Positions 13,301-28,300 of a stretch of DNA of 64,000 bases are shown in pieces. The notes below the pieces were generated by a model. The model saw only the letters and a program-made list of their open reading frames with translations. It searched no databases and was not told the origin of the DNA. Position 1 is the stretch's first letter, and every line of letters begins with the position of its first letter. This DNA comes from Phallusia mammillata (taxonomy: Eukaryota): NCBI GenBank assembly GCA_965637545.1, contig OZ281496.1, positions 26,722,001 to 26,786,000 of the forward strand, given 5' to 3'. The translations under genes and the position numbers were made by a program.

Positions 13301-16300
13301 TAGTTTAAATGGAGCATCAAGAATCACTTCAATGCGGGCTTCAACGGGTTGAGGCTTTTCAGCTGCAAAATTAAAGCGACATGAGTAATTTACCTTAAAA
13401 TTTAATCACAATACAACGTAATTCCTCTAAACTTCTAAAGTATATGAAAGCTATTATTGTTTTGTGTAACATTTCGCTTGGAACCCTCTGTTACAGCTGA
13501 GGTAATTTTAGCATGATATACTGTTTTATCTGATTTATCTCGGTCGGCAAATACAAAGTTTGGACATAAATACGGTCCGCATTCTTGATGGGGTATTGTC
13601 AAAATGGTATGCTATATATGGCATGTCACAAACCATATGGACCAGCGCTTGGGGTTAAAAATGTAATACATATTCAAGTCCCGCTGCATTGCAGGTTTTT
13701 AAAACACATACCTGGTGGAAAATGACGGCTTGCTGAATTCAAATGAATCCAAACAGTTGTTGGTTGTGATCCGATGGGTAGAACGCTTTGCAGTATAGAC
13801 ATACCACCCGATGATGCATCTAAAACAGGAAAATTCAAACGTAAAAACACGTTGTCACACCAAGCTTGCTACGCAGTAAGCAAAATAGGCCCTGAATCGG
13901 GGTTTGTGCCGCCCTACAGCACAGGAGGAAAGGATAACCTGCAGCCAAGCGACCTTTAATGCAGCTAAATGTTAACATATTTGACTGTCATCAATGGCTA
14001 AGTTTTGGGATGACTTATAACACAGAATATAGTCAATGCAGCCTCTAGCCTCTATGTGTGGCGGTGGATTGTTAAATGGCAATAAACGAAAAAACCTCTT
14101 CATCGGTTTGTATTTGCAAGGTCATCATTACATCCAAATTGTAACACATCGTCTTTTGAACCACGAACGCAAATAGAGAAACGCAATGGGTTGTTTTTTT
14201 AGATACCGTATTTATTTGATTTTAAATTTTTGTACACATTTGTGCAGCTTAGCATTAAGTACATACGGTAACACCACGATTTGACATTATGTATCACACC
14301 GCTAGTTCGTAAAATATAAAAACCACTATACTGTAAATTATAATGTACCTTGGGGTGTTGATGGAACTGAAGTAAGAGAGAGCGAGAAAGATGCTCGATC
14401 CGGAGCACTGGAATAAACTACCAAACGAATCGGGGTTTCAACTTTAGCTTGGTTCAAAATCCTAAAAAAGGAAAATGTTCAAATGAGGAAAAATTCGGCC
14501 TATCATTGGGCCATTGCCTACAATCTACAATAGTGCATCTCAGCCCTTGGATCGCAACCTAAAAGTGGGTGGTCATTTCATTTAGTTGGGAGCTCGATTA
14601 CAGTCGGTCACAAATCCTAGGAAACTGAGTACCGTATATCAGGGAATTTACTTCATTTCTACACGTGGTTTGTAAACAGACACTCAAGTTCTGGGAATAT
14701 GACTTGTGAAGTTTTGAAAATACCCCATGTTAAATCATTTTTGCATGGTTCAGCATCTGCTATTGGGGAGGAATGAAAATGTTTTGAATTGTCAAGGGCG
14801 GAATTCGAAAAAGGTTGGGAACCACTGCCGTATATTATTGCATATATATAATCGGCTGACGTTTCTGATTTACAAATTCTTGCAGCAAGTTTGCAGCACT
14901 TTCAGTTTGAAAAAAATGACCAATGAGTAAAGTATTTGTTTGGGCCGTCTTAAAAAGCCCTACTCAACATAACCACTAGGGATGTGCCAAAACTGCAAGT
15001 GTTCTGTTTGGTCGAGCACTGAGCATCTCACGTTAATGCTCGGTGCTCGGCCGAGCACGCTCGGTGCATTATGACGTCACAAAAAATCCCCTTTCTACGT
15101 TATAGCTCTACAAGGTCTCTTACGTCACCAGCGGTGTATTAAGCTGTACAGGTCTCAGAAGTACACGTTTTTTTACAATCTAATACATTTGAAAAAATCA
15201 TTTGTTTTTGTTCATAGACACCCTTCTGAACACTAGTTACCTATGTTAGCAGGGCATGAATATGCAAATGTACTGCTCGGGTCAGTTTGTGCAGCTGCTC
15301 GGCCGAGCACCGAGCATCAAAAACAGCGATGCTCGGTACCGAGTACTCGGGTTCTGGCTCGGCTCGGCGCATCCCTAATAACCACCTATATTTGCCATGT
15401 TTTTCCACAAGCCTTGTATTACTGACTGGCCGCCACGACAATTTTGCAATTTCTTTAGTTCTAGAGAACGTATGGACTGGAATTTCGACTCACCTTAACG
15501 GTTGACACTTGGTGGCGCCATACACAACCTCGCCAAACGCGATAGAGCGTGACCGCTGATCACGTGGCAGCTCGGGTGTGCCAAACAACACCACGGATGG
15601 CGCTTCAACACTGCATCGGACATTTAGAGTAGTAACGTGACACCGTGGATCTTGTGTACTGCCTCCTTCCACGGCGATCAGATGTGACGTAACCTACACA
15701 TATTCACGAACAGTTTCTTTACGGTAGGCCTAGTTTAGTCATTATTATTATTATTATTATGTGATTAGGCAACAGTTTGTATTACTGGCCGCAATCTATG
15801 TTATTGACCGAAATGACGATAAAACAACTGTAAAACACAAAACAAGTTTTAATCAAATGGTTTTACTGTGTTGGAGGTTTCATTTTATTATAGTCCTCGC
15901 GACCCCCAGGAAAATGCCAAACAACCACCACAGTGGTCGCGACCTACGGGTTGAAAACCACTGGTCTTAATCATTGACAGTGAGTATTTATCAAATGCCT
16001 TACCGCTTACACTACAGGTATCTATTCCGAAAATATGGTCCATAAACAGTTTTAACAAATATGTTTAATTTTTAAACGAACAGTTTTTTATCAAATAACC
16101 TACCTCCAGGATGACGTCACAACCTCCAGACACGTGACCAACGACCGTGACGTCAGTATGTTCGACGCTGTGCGGCCCAATCACGTGTTTCCGCTTGACT
16201 GTTACGTAACTTTCGGGATTGTGTGGGGCGGTTTGTCTGTTCACAGAGACTGATATTGGACGAACTTCAACCTGAACGTGAACATATGCAGACATTAATG

Positions 16301-19300
16301 AAAGTCATCATATACTCACAGGTAGGGATGGGCCGAGCCGAGCCAGAACCCGAGTCGGTACCGAGCATCGCAGGTTTTAATGCTCGGTGCTCGGCTCGAC
16401 ACAAACTGCTAACATATGTAACTAGTGTTCTAAAGGGTGTCCATGAACAAAAACGAATGATTTTTCAAATGTATTAGTTGGTGGAAAAACGCGTACTTTA
16501 TGGGCATGTACAGCTTAATAAAACACCGCCGGTGACGTAAGAGGCCTTGTAGAGCTAAAACGTAAAAAGGGGATTTTTTGTGACGTCATAATGCACCGAG
16601 CATTAAAGTGAGATGCTCGGTGCTCGACCAAACAGAGCTTTTGCACATCCCTACGTTTAGTTGCATGATCCTTTACAAAGGAAATGAAAGCTATACACAT
16701 AAATGTTTTGGAGTGACAGGCTAAATTAGAAGTTTTTAAATCGGGTTCGATCCAACACTTGGGAACGATGGATTCAAAGCTGTATTTGGCCGCAAATTTG
16801 GGATCAAAATTAAATTTAGCTAAAATTATAACTTCTAAAAGGAGATTACGATACCGAGTGTTAAGTCCGGTTATAAGCAAGCTCGTTTAATGCAATCTTA
16901 AGCCCGAACTAAAACAGCCCGCCTAGAGTTACACAAGCGATTATTACCGCTGATTCTATTACATAATACAACAAATTCAAATAGCTAAGTGGTCCACAGT
17001 TTGGAAAGGACTGCTGAAAATCGCCTCTAATGCACATCAAAATGGTATGCTTTATGCCTCTTATCGATCCTTTCCGACGAAAAAGGTTGGGTGCTATTGC
17101 AAGTGACACATTGCATACCTGAATCCATCTTGGACAAGTGTTCTTAATGGGCAAGACAGCTTTTCCTGGCACCCCAACACAAAGGATTTTCTCTACGACT
17201 AGTTCGCCGGGAATCGAAATTGGGGAAGCACCTGGAAAGAGGCAATGAGTTAAAATAGGATAAAGTTTAGTTAATGTCGGCAATAATAAACATAAGTTTA
17301 AACAACAAAACGTTGCAAAAATTAACGAAACACTTTCTCTTAATAATTAGCAGAAAGGTTCTCGACATAAGAGAAATTCCTTCCTAGTGAAGGATTTAAA
17401 AAAATGTTGTGTAAAAAAAGGTTACATGCCAATGAATTAGCGAGTTTAGTTGCAGAAATCTGTCTCCAACGTTTTTTAATCGTTAAAATTTATGGTTACA
17501 GCGTTAAAGCAAGTTATCCAACCTATTTGCTACGCGAAACAGCATTATGCATGCAATTTTGTGTCCAAAAAACACAGCGGGTATATTAGGTGCCCTATGG
17601 CGTAACAAAGGGTTGGACAACTTGTGTTTCATAGAGACTCTGCTCTCCTCTATCTACACCTCAAACAAAAAATCTTACCGTCAAATATTTCAGGTTGTTG
17701 TTGATACATTCGTCTATCCTGGGGACACGACATTACAGAAGCACCATGGTGTGATGGATAGGGAAGCATGGTTGGGTAGCTATGAGCGGGATGAGATCGG
17801 CCACTAAATACTGTAGAGTCAAAAGAACGACTGTCCACCATGTAACCGGGACCTGTTCGAAGTTTGAAAAATGGGTTTAAATGTGTTGTATATAATTCTA
17901 ACAAATAATTCTTTGAAGGTTTTATAATACATATATTTTTCTACTGGTGCCGCCTGTATCAGTGTGCTCTAACCACTGTTCTGGGACACATGGTGGTATG
18001 CTGTATAGGTGTTTTCAGAGAGCAACAAAAATCCTTTGTCCTAACTTTATATATCTAATGTTTTTGAGTTTCAACTACAATTTGATCTCTTTGTTTATTA
18101 AAACAGTCTTATTGTTTAACTTGCAAATTAATCATTATCAACGTTTTTTATGCTTTTCGCAATGCCGCCAGAGAAAAGCACTTGCATGTGTTATAATCTG
18201 CCTCCTAAATTACAGAAACAAATGTTGTAGAAGTTTGATAACTAGAAAAAAGTAGACGTTTGTCAACTACAACGCACATAAATTGCAAATAAATAAAATT
18301 CACTCTTTCAGTTGCACGTTTTACAAATGTTACATGCAAACGAAGAGGTTCTTATGTGTAAAGCTCACTTATGTTAGTGATTGAGATCAAGGCATTACAA
18401 GTATTTAGGAACAGTCTAAGTATGAAATCAAGTACTTACCATAAGATCCGAGGGTGACGGGCATTGGTGGCATTGACAAGTTGGGATGCATTCGATGATA
18501 GAGATCACCTGGTGCGGACATATAAGATGCGGGAAGTGGAGGGATCACTGACGGTCCGGAGTAATACGGAGGATATAAAGAATGTTCAGGATGACTTGCA
18601 TCCACTGGAGGACGAATCATATACTGGGAGGGCATCATTTGTGGAGGAACAGAAGAACCACTAATGCCAGAAAGACGGTCACTAGAGCTTCGACTTGCTT
18701 GTGATAGATCAGCATCGTATTTTGTGCTTGACGCTTTCGGAATTGCATCAACAGAAGAGCAAGAAGATATTTCATGCTTGGAGCTCGATACGGACTCTAA
18801 ACTTGCACGTTTTTCTGCGTCCTCTTCTTGTATTGTATCCAGCTGTTCTGTAGGAAGGTGACGCAGGTGAAAATCGCTCTCAGTCACCGTTGCCATTTCG
18901 TTAAAACTCGTGGATGGTAGAAGGTGGTGGAAGGCTGATGATAATCGTGAGAGGTTTGTGTCGTCCAATTTTTCCCACTTAGTGAAGTCGTGTTTTTCGG
19001 GTGAAGATTGTGAAAGCGGATCCATAGAGGGTCTTGGTGATTTTTCACCCTCTTTTTCAGCCGTTTTCCTGCATAGAAAAATAAATATGAAAAAAACTGT
19101 GCAGCATGCGAACAGGTATAAGTCAAGGATAAAGCGGGCTTTGGGAATTTACCAAAATCGATCATTACTGATTTTTTTTCTAACACTCTGTGTGTGTGAT
19201 GTAATAACAGTTTTACGACGACGACTACTCCGCATGAGAATGTGTACCAAATGTGAAAGTTGTCAATCCTTTGAATGCGTTTTATAAATAGATTACCGCA

Positions 19301-22300
19301 TTTGCGGCACACAATTTAAGAACTAGAGTAGCCCTATTCGAGGTGTTGTACCGAATCAATCCGGTCTCCAAAGCACTCCCATGTGGCAATACATAGATAA
19401 AACGAACCCTAGCTAAATTAAACCCACGACAGGAGCCTATTTGGACTGGCACATCACCAATTGAGCTACGCAAGTTATATGTTATAGTTTCGTAATAGAG
19501 AATCGCCAGTGCGGCCACTTGTCAAAAAAAACAAGAGCATATTTACAGGCTTAAGCAGAATACGATTGCTGGTTTCAATGACAACTCATGGATGGTCCCA
19601 GCAGGACATGTATGGCCATACATATTACAGGAAAAAATAAATCTATTGAAGTAATGACTTGTGATAATTGTGGTAATGAGTCGGTTTAAGTTTTGCAGGT
19701 TTCCTTTATTCCTTACCACTTGCGCAAAGTCATAATTATTTTCCTATTTGTTTGTTCCACAAGGGTTTGTATCTAATGGCAATGCACTAATATTGCTATA
19801 AAACAACGGACACAAATGCGCTTTAAACACTGTAAATGCGTTGCTAAAGCGAATTTACAGCAAGTATGAAACGGCAGGAAGCAACTAACCAGCTTTTAAA
19901 ATCAGTTTCATCCACTTTCTTGCTTGGTTTGTCCAAATCATTACAGGACGCACTTTTGACTGATGATTGGGTCGTCTTGTTTGTAACCAAATCAGGTAAA
20001 GACGCATCAGTATGTACTTCTAAATAAGAAAGGCCAGAATGCAATTTTATCAGCTCAAGGCAGTTTAGAAGTTTATGGTAACTTGTGTAATACCTTTTCC
20101 ATCCAAGCGTATTCTCAGCTTCTTGTGTAGGTTTTCAATGCTTTCTCTACAGCAAAATTTATCAACAGTTAAAAGTATTGTTGAAATGGTTTTAACAAGC
20201 TTTTATCCTGCAGTATTTGTACTGAAGGCAAAAGTGTTTGTTACATTGTTTTACCTTATGAATTCAAAGACACAATATCAAATTGGGCCAAAAATCACAT
20301 TTATTTGTTAAAAGCTCTTACAAACAGTAACAAATGAAAATAAGACAATCATACCTGCTTAGGGAGCCCCTTGTCAAAGATAAATTTGCTCTGGTTGAAG
20401 ACAAAAAGTGAGAGTTGATTGAATCAGTTGAGAAAATTGTCTCGTTGTTGGGTAGAGAAGGCAACTCATCAGTTTCATACACAGGTGGTTTACCAGCATC
20501 TGGTAATTTCTGGTCATCTTTGGCAGGTGTAGGTGATTTGGCTAAAACACAGTAATACAGTATATTAACACAGTCTGCAAAAAGGAAACCTATCATTTAA
20601 ATAAAAATGAGGAAAGACTTTGTTTGATTAAAAAAAAAATCTTTTGATTTAAAACCTGTCTAAACTTTAGACTCTGAAGGGAAAACATACAGAACAGGCA
20701 CAAAGAAAACAATACATATTCAAACACTTTTGACAAAGAAAAGTTGACAATTGTTGTTATTTGTTGCAGGTGTATGTGACTTAGCTGAAACAAAATAATA
20801 CAGTAGTGTTGTCTACATACTGCCAAATAACATTTTGTATGTTGGAAAACAGTGAACGTTAAACAGCTTAAACTAAACTTTTATTTTTTTTAACTTATTT
20901 TTTTTAATTTGAAAAATAAAATACTTACATAAAACATAGACCATATCGACACAGAAAATATTACTTATCATCACAATCCTATTGGTGCATCACCAATTAT
21001 AAATCCATAATACCAATCCTCACTGGCAGATTTCATTAAGTATATATGTTGCAAGTAACAGGCAGCCAGGCAAATCTCATAATACAAAGTTGTTGAATAA
21101 TATGGTAGAACAAACCTTTTTCTAAAGCTGAAATTGCTGCTTTATCCTCAATGCTTCTCGATGAGGTGTTTGATGTATTGGAAGAATTTGATGAAGCATC
21201 AGAAAGTCGTTTGGCATGTTCAGGAATTTTCACATCATCCCCTTTCAATGTACTGTCAGCAGGCAAAGTGTCAGAAACCACGGTGCTATCTCGAACTGCA
21301 GAGAACGATTTTGAATCATCATGACTTAGAGAGTTCTTGTCGGTGTGATGGAATGGTGTAGTGTCATGAGTTGATACTGAAAGACAAATAAAATATTGAC
21401 CAAACATATATTTCGGAAATGGGCTGTTTTAAATTAGAGCACAAACCTGCAGAAGATGCCCGAGACTCAGCTTTTGAATTTGTTGATGGAACACTAAAAT
21501 ATATTTTAAAGCAAAAAATTTAGTGCTTACATTTCTCGCCAAACTGGCACAAATTGCTTCCTTTTTTTACCAAATCCTGATAAAGCTTCCAAGCAGAGTT
21601 GTGGAGTTATGAGATTCACTATTTTTAAGGCTGCTATGGCGAACTTTGGACAATGCCCAGTATATCACTGCGAAATATGTTTTTGTGTGGGTTTCAGTCT
21701 TAAAATTAAAAGGAACTTACACATGACTAGGAATAGTTGAATAAAATACCCAGTAAAGAAGTTTTTTGTCATCTGATGTAAGACCACACTCTTTTATAAT
21801 AGATGTACCTTTTCCTATCATTACAGTCATTTTTAGATATTGTGGAGGTAAAGTCATAGTTGTAATATTTTTGGTAACTGTTTCAGTCAGGTTAATAAAA
21901 AACATCAATAACTTCTGACATGGCAAAGCAAAGACTTTGGTTTAAGTTGGGAGCGGAGTTATTTTACACAAATTGATTGAAGTAGCCGTTAAAAAAATTA
22001 TAATCAACTCCATATCCATGCTTTAAACGGTCAATTCAACCCTGGTACCACTGTGTTAAAGCTTTTAAAATACAGATCCGACACACACTTACACAAACGT
22101 ATCTTTGTTGACCGCTCGCTGCTTCTGCTCCTCCAGTTTTCTGTTGGATAGAGCAACAATAAACTTGGCAAGCTCTTCATTGTTCATACTGCTCGACATA
22201 TTTGATATTGCATTTGACAAACTGTTCATCATTGACTTGTCAACTGTATCATCTGGTTTGAAAAACAAAAATATTAAACAAGGTAATGCCATTTCTGCTT

Positions 22301-25300
22301 CAAACAAGTTCCGCCAGTTGTTTCAATCTCTCTTCCAGCAGTTTTATTAACTGGCGATATAAGGGCCTATTAAAAATGTAGTATTTTATCACCCTGGTAA
22401 TAGCTTCTTTAATGGAAAGTATAAGTTGCTTTATAATAAAACTGTTAAGAGCAACATATGGTACACATAGTTAATATAGTATACTTGGCAACACCAGCTT
22501 TTTACTTATTTTTACCCAGCAATAGCTTCTAATAAAAAAATGATTTTCTATGAACAAGATCAATTCAATTGTAATACTTTTCTTAACATACCAAGTTCTA
22601 GTACAGAAGGAAGTTGTGTGTCATTGCTGTTTACTGCACCAGTTGGGTGTTTGTGAGGTGTTAGTTTTTGTTCAGAAGGTGAACTTTTTGATTCTGAAGT
22701 AAAAACAGATAACATAGTAAAAGACTTGTAAAAAGCTTGAAATCAGTTATACAGACAAATTTGGTTGATAATATATTTCATTTATATGAATAGGCATTGT
22801 GAAAAAAATTGTCGAGTTAATGGCATATTTTGGGTAATTACACTAACAAACTTAGCAAATAGATCCTGTTGCAAAATCTATTTAAACTGCATATTAACTA
22901 CTAGGGATGGGCCAAAACAGCAAATTTTCTGTTTGGTCGAGCACCGAGCATCTCACAGTAATACTCAGTGCTTGGCCGAGCACGTTCGGTACATTGTGAC
23001 GTCACTACCATTCCCTATTACACACACCGTTTTGTAGCATTCCAAGGTCCCTTACGTAACCAGCGATGTATTAAGCTGTACTGGCCCCACAAGTGTGCGT
23101 TTTACCACCATCTAACGGTCAATTTTGTTCTTAGACACACTTTCAAACACTAATTTTGTATGTTGGCAGGGCATGAATATGCAAATTTAATGCTCGGGTC
23201 AGTACATCCAACTTCTCGGCCGAGCACCGAGCATCAAAAACAGTAATGTTCGGTACCGAGTGGTTATGGCTTGGCTCGGCCCATCCCTACTAACTACACT
23301 TTGAAAGCTAAATGTCTTACCGTCACTTAAAACAGTAGAATTGCTCAACAGTTTACATGGTTTTTGTGGAGATGGAGTTCGAACTTTTAAGCCAAAGCTG
23401 GGTCTTTCAAGTGGTTTGTCCGCATTCCAGTTACCCAACTTTGCTGATCTTTCACCCATATATGTGCCAATCGACACTTTGCCAGCATCTGTACAACAAT
23501 CACCATGATTAAAAACTATGTGTGCTAATGCTTGGTGCTGATTCGATTAGTGTAGTTTATTTGAAACACTTTTGGATAGACCAAATACCAAGAAATTGCC
23601 TAAAAACAGAACACTAACAGTTATCATGCATTACTGGTTATCAACAAGTTTTAGTCCAGTAATAAAAGAACTGCAACAATCTAAAGCTGATTTATGATAA
23701 AGGAAGTACATGTGTCACAAATAGACTTATCACAAAGTTTGTATTCTTACCATCATCTGGCATTGTCAAGATTGAAGTCCGATATGTGGAAAAGTCATGT
23801 AAATTGTTGCTTTGATCTTTGGCTTGAAAATTTTCATCCAATGAAAACTGATGCTCTTTCATAAATGACTCTTCTTCCTTGTCCAAAATGGCATTAATAT
23901 TTCCTGTGCAGAAAAGTCATGTAAACAACATTGCTGGGTTATATGATTAAAGTTTTTGCTATTTGAAAAAGCACATAGGTTATATACCTGAGACAAATTG
24001 TTCTTCGCCAAATATGTCTTGCTGCATTTTTGAATCATTCTGAAATTCTGTAGCTGAGAAGTCAAGAGGATTGTTGCACTGCAAACAATGATGGCCATTC
24101 AATTAATGCCAAATTTTATCTTTTTACTAGCATTGCTGAATTAATGGACATACAACGGTTATCAGTTGAGTAGGACTTCTAAAAGACGTCAAAAGAGCCC
24201 AGTCTAAATCGTAATCTTATAATGTTTAGGATGTCATCCCACTTGGAATGATCAAGAGGTAATTTTGGCAAACTTTTACTATTGCGTCAAAATGACGGTT
24301 TTTGAGGCATTAAACCACAATGCCAACTGCATGCGTTCTATACACTTGAACCTATTAAGGAAAGTAAGATTCAAAAAAAATAATTGGAAACACATTGCGA
24401 TATAGGCAAACAGCAGCTATAAATGGCAACAGACGTTTTAATATAAAACAATAACCCCAACATGAACAAACCTGCCAATTATCATAACCATCAGTATCTA
24501 CTGTTGATGTTCTTGCAGGTACAAATGGGTTTGGCCCTCCATCAAAAACATCCTTTAAAAAACAACCTTGGTTTTGTACATCGTCTTGCAATAAAAAAAC
24601 ATACATGGTTGTTGATTAACTTACCACACCACTCGGACCAGGAATTTGGGCTTGACTTTGAATTTCTGGAGCTTGCTGATAGCTTGATGATGATGGAGGT
24701 TCTTGCTGTGACTGTGAAGCTACAACAAATGATACACATTTGTTGGTTAGTTGTAATGTAACTATGTAAGTTAAAAAGGACCATTAAAAGACTATGGATC
24801 ACTCAGGTTAAAATATATTGAACATCAAAAGCATTAGTAGTTCACCTATCATTTACCACCCCAAAACAGCGAGTTGCCGCCTAGTAAAAACGTCTAATGT
24901 ATGGAAAAAACCTTTGAGAAATATATGTTTCGAACAATGTGGTGTAACAACCTCAGTTTACCTTCCACATTACAAGTTATAAGTACCATATTAATTTGAT
25001 TGTATTTCACCATTGATTTGTGTAAATAATGTAAGTTGCCCTTGATTGCAAGCGGAATTTTGTGCAGTTAGATACTATTGTTAATGACAATAATTAACTT
25101 CCAAATTTTCCTGTGACACCCCAAATTTAGCCTTTTCTTCTTCAGTGAATGTGTTAGGCTCACTACAAGGACCCGTTGCAGTAGAGCAATAGATAAAATG
25201 TATTAATTAATAACACCATTTTCATAATAAATGGATTCAGTTGGGTTTTAATATCTTATAATTACAAAATCAGCAACTTCTGTTTGACATGCATGAGCTA

Positions 25301-28300
25301 ACAATTACCCCAACATGATGTACATTAATATAAAACTCTCAGTATTTTACGAAAAGAACACATGTGGATTTCCTCTATTTCTCACTTACCATTAAATGTT
25401 CTTGACTCATCCTCCATAGATTGCATGCTCATTTGCGCAAAGTATTTTGAATCCATCTTCGACTGGTCATACGGAGAAGCTGGGGCTGAACCCTACAAAT
25501 ATTATAATGATAAAACACAAAATATATGTTGGGAAATAGGTAGGACATTGAGGGTGGGAAAATTCAAACCTGTTCATTTTGAAATTGAGGTAAGCCAAGA
25601 CCCTTAAGAAAATCCATTGTTGTTGCATGATCATTAGAATCATCTGTTGACATTTCTTCAGCAGCAAATTTCACTTCTTGTGCTTTTGCTGCATAACAAA
25701 GAGGTAATTTAATTGTGTAACCAAGTGGTTTTCAACCTTTTGTGATAAATTCCTCCCTTAACTGTTCAAAACATTCCTATTCCTCCCTAAGAAGCAACAC
25801 AATATATGCTAAACCATGGTAGTTTGTTTAAAATTGGGTCTGTATCTACTTTGCAGGTCATTTCCCTAGAGCTAAAGTGTATATTTACAAACCGCATAAA
25901 AGTCAAATTCCTTCCTTCAAGTTTTCAAACTTTAAAATTAACTTACAAATGACCTCTTTTCTTTAAAGTAAAATTAGGTAGGGAAATAAATGAAATAAGC
26001 ACCTGGGTCTTGATTCTGTATTTTGTTTTGTTCCACTTGCTCTATATCTGGATGTTCATGACTTGCTTTCATAGTTTGATCAAGCTCTGCATCATCCTCA
26101 TTAATAAGTCCGTCCAAGTCCAGCTCAGCTTCATCAAACTCAAACTCCTAAAAGTTGAGCAAAATAATTAGGCACAGCAAATTGTACATAGTACGACAAT
26201 TTACTATTTTATCTGAGCCCAAATACAGCATTTAACAGACATGCTTGTACGTTAAATGCTGGGCTCTAATAATTTTGTAAGTGCTATCAACCAAAATAGT
26301 TGCTACAAAAGGTTTTATTAAACTTACTGAATTAATTGATTCATCACTTCCAAATGGAGACCTTGGCATCGCTTGTGTAACTGGTCCTTCACTGGTTTGC
26401 CTAAGTATAGGAAAACACTTCAGACATATACATAGTATAATGTGTATACATATATATTCATTTGCTTACTCTAAGTCTTGTTCTTGGCCATGCATAGTGT
26501 TTTCTGCAAGATCAAATGCCTCTGACCTAGACAAATATTTTTTTTCAAATAAGCTTAGCTTAAACATGGCTGGTTCAGCAAACCACATCTAATAACAGTT
26601 TTGTTGAAAATATGAATGATGTGCTCAATTAAAGAGACACACAAACAAAATACAGTAAGTTGGACTACTTTTAATTCGTTTTGTTTTTAGTATTTCAATG
26701 TATTTATAAAGATGACTTAAAGGCAAAGTTGAACATTGAAAAACTTATTATCACACCACGGTGTTTATTCCTATAACCCTGCCTGACCAAAAGTGTCACA
26801 ATTTACAAAACATACCTTTGAAGTTGATAGAAGTTGGAAACTTCATTGTGGGGAATATCATTCTTTTGAGATACTACAGTTAAAAAAAGTTATGCGTAAT
26901 AAATATTTAGGTGCAGTTAGAAAACATGTAATGTTAAGTTGCTACATACAAGGTTGAAAAGTGCCCTCATCTTCAGGAAAACAAGTGTCCAACCAACTTC
27001 CAATGCTGCTGGTTTTATTCTTTATATGTACCAAACTAGCAGAACTTCTGGCATCTAAAAGGAGAGTGTCTTATATTATATATTTAGATCTTTGAATCAC
27101 AATAGGTGAATCATACCTGATATTTCATTCAAGTCCAGAATGCTCAGTGATGAATCATCTTTGAAACTTGAATTTTCACTTTTATTACTTATTGATGACC
27201 CAGTTGATGACCTGTTGTTGGCAACCTGGGGCCTAAAAACAGGAATGACATAACTAAACATATTTTCAACATATACTGAAAACAGGATTTCAATAATGTT
27301 GTGCACGTTATTCAAACAAACCAAACAACTGTAGGTAGCACTTACAAAAGGCAGGGGACAGAAAATGTTTTTTTAAGAGTCAGTAACATCTAAACTACAC
27401 ACCCACTTAGCCCATGCCTGGTCTGATCAATGTGATTAGCCACTGCCAAGCCCGATTAGCCCTTACAGGTGGGTGCCGTCTTAAACTGTGAGCCCGCATA
27501 GCCCACACTTAGCCCCTTAGCTTACATCAAGACCGCTTAACCTGCGTAGTCCGCTTAGCTTACACAAATGTTGCTTAGTGTGCTTAACCCGCTTATAGCC
27601 ATTCGGCCTGGTTTGGTCTGTCAATCACTCGCTTAGCCCCTGTTATGGTGTGAGCAAGTGCGCTCGAAGTTTTAGATATCACGGCCTGCTTGCTAATTAG
27701 TGATGGGACGAGTACCCGGTACTCGGTATCAATAATCGAAATATTTTGTCTCTTTTTCAATACCAACGTGTGAGTACCGAAGGCCGATTTACACCATAAG
27801 AATATGGGCAACTTTATGCCAATATTTGCTTCGGACAGCACGGAATCGGGAAAAAGTTCCGACAGGTTAAGTATATTTTTTTCGCTATCATGTGGTGATT
27901 ACATTTTTTGGCATGTGTGTGTGCACGCCTGTACCCCGACCAGGCAGATAAATTAGCCAGTGATATACAACTAATTACTACATTTAAGTACTCGGTAATC
28001 GTTAGAGTTCCTTCTCGAGAATTTCTCGAGAAATCTCGAAAAAATCGAGTCTCGATTCTCGAGAAATACAAATTTCTCGAGAAAAAATACATCATGTATT
28101 ATAAACAAAAAGTAAATGCGACATCTCTCATTACGTGTATTTTGAGCACTGGACACATTACTGTCGTACTTTGTTAATGAAACAGTGATTTTTAACGTAC
28201 GTCGCCAGAAAACTTTCACCTTTCCTAAGCAGCAGTCACGCTTAGTTGCGCTATATCTATAATTCGGACCAACAGTCGCTTCGTTTTTTGCTGGTTTGCT

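Noticed and set aside
18884-19312. Overlapping 125-142 aa ORFs around 18900-19300 as separate genes
   Set aside because: They are alternative frames or antisense of CEP192 exons and intron.
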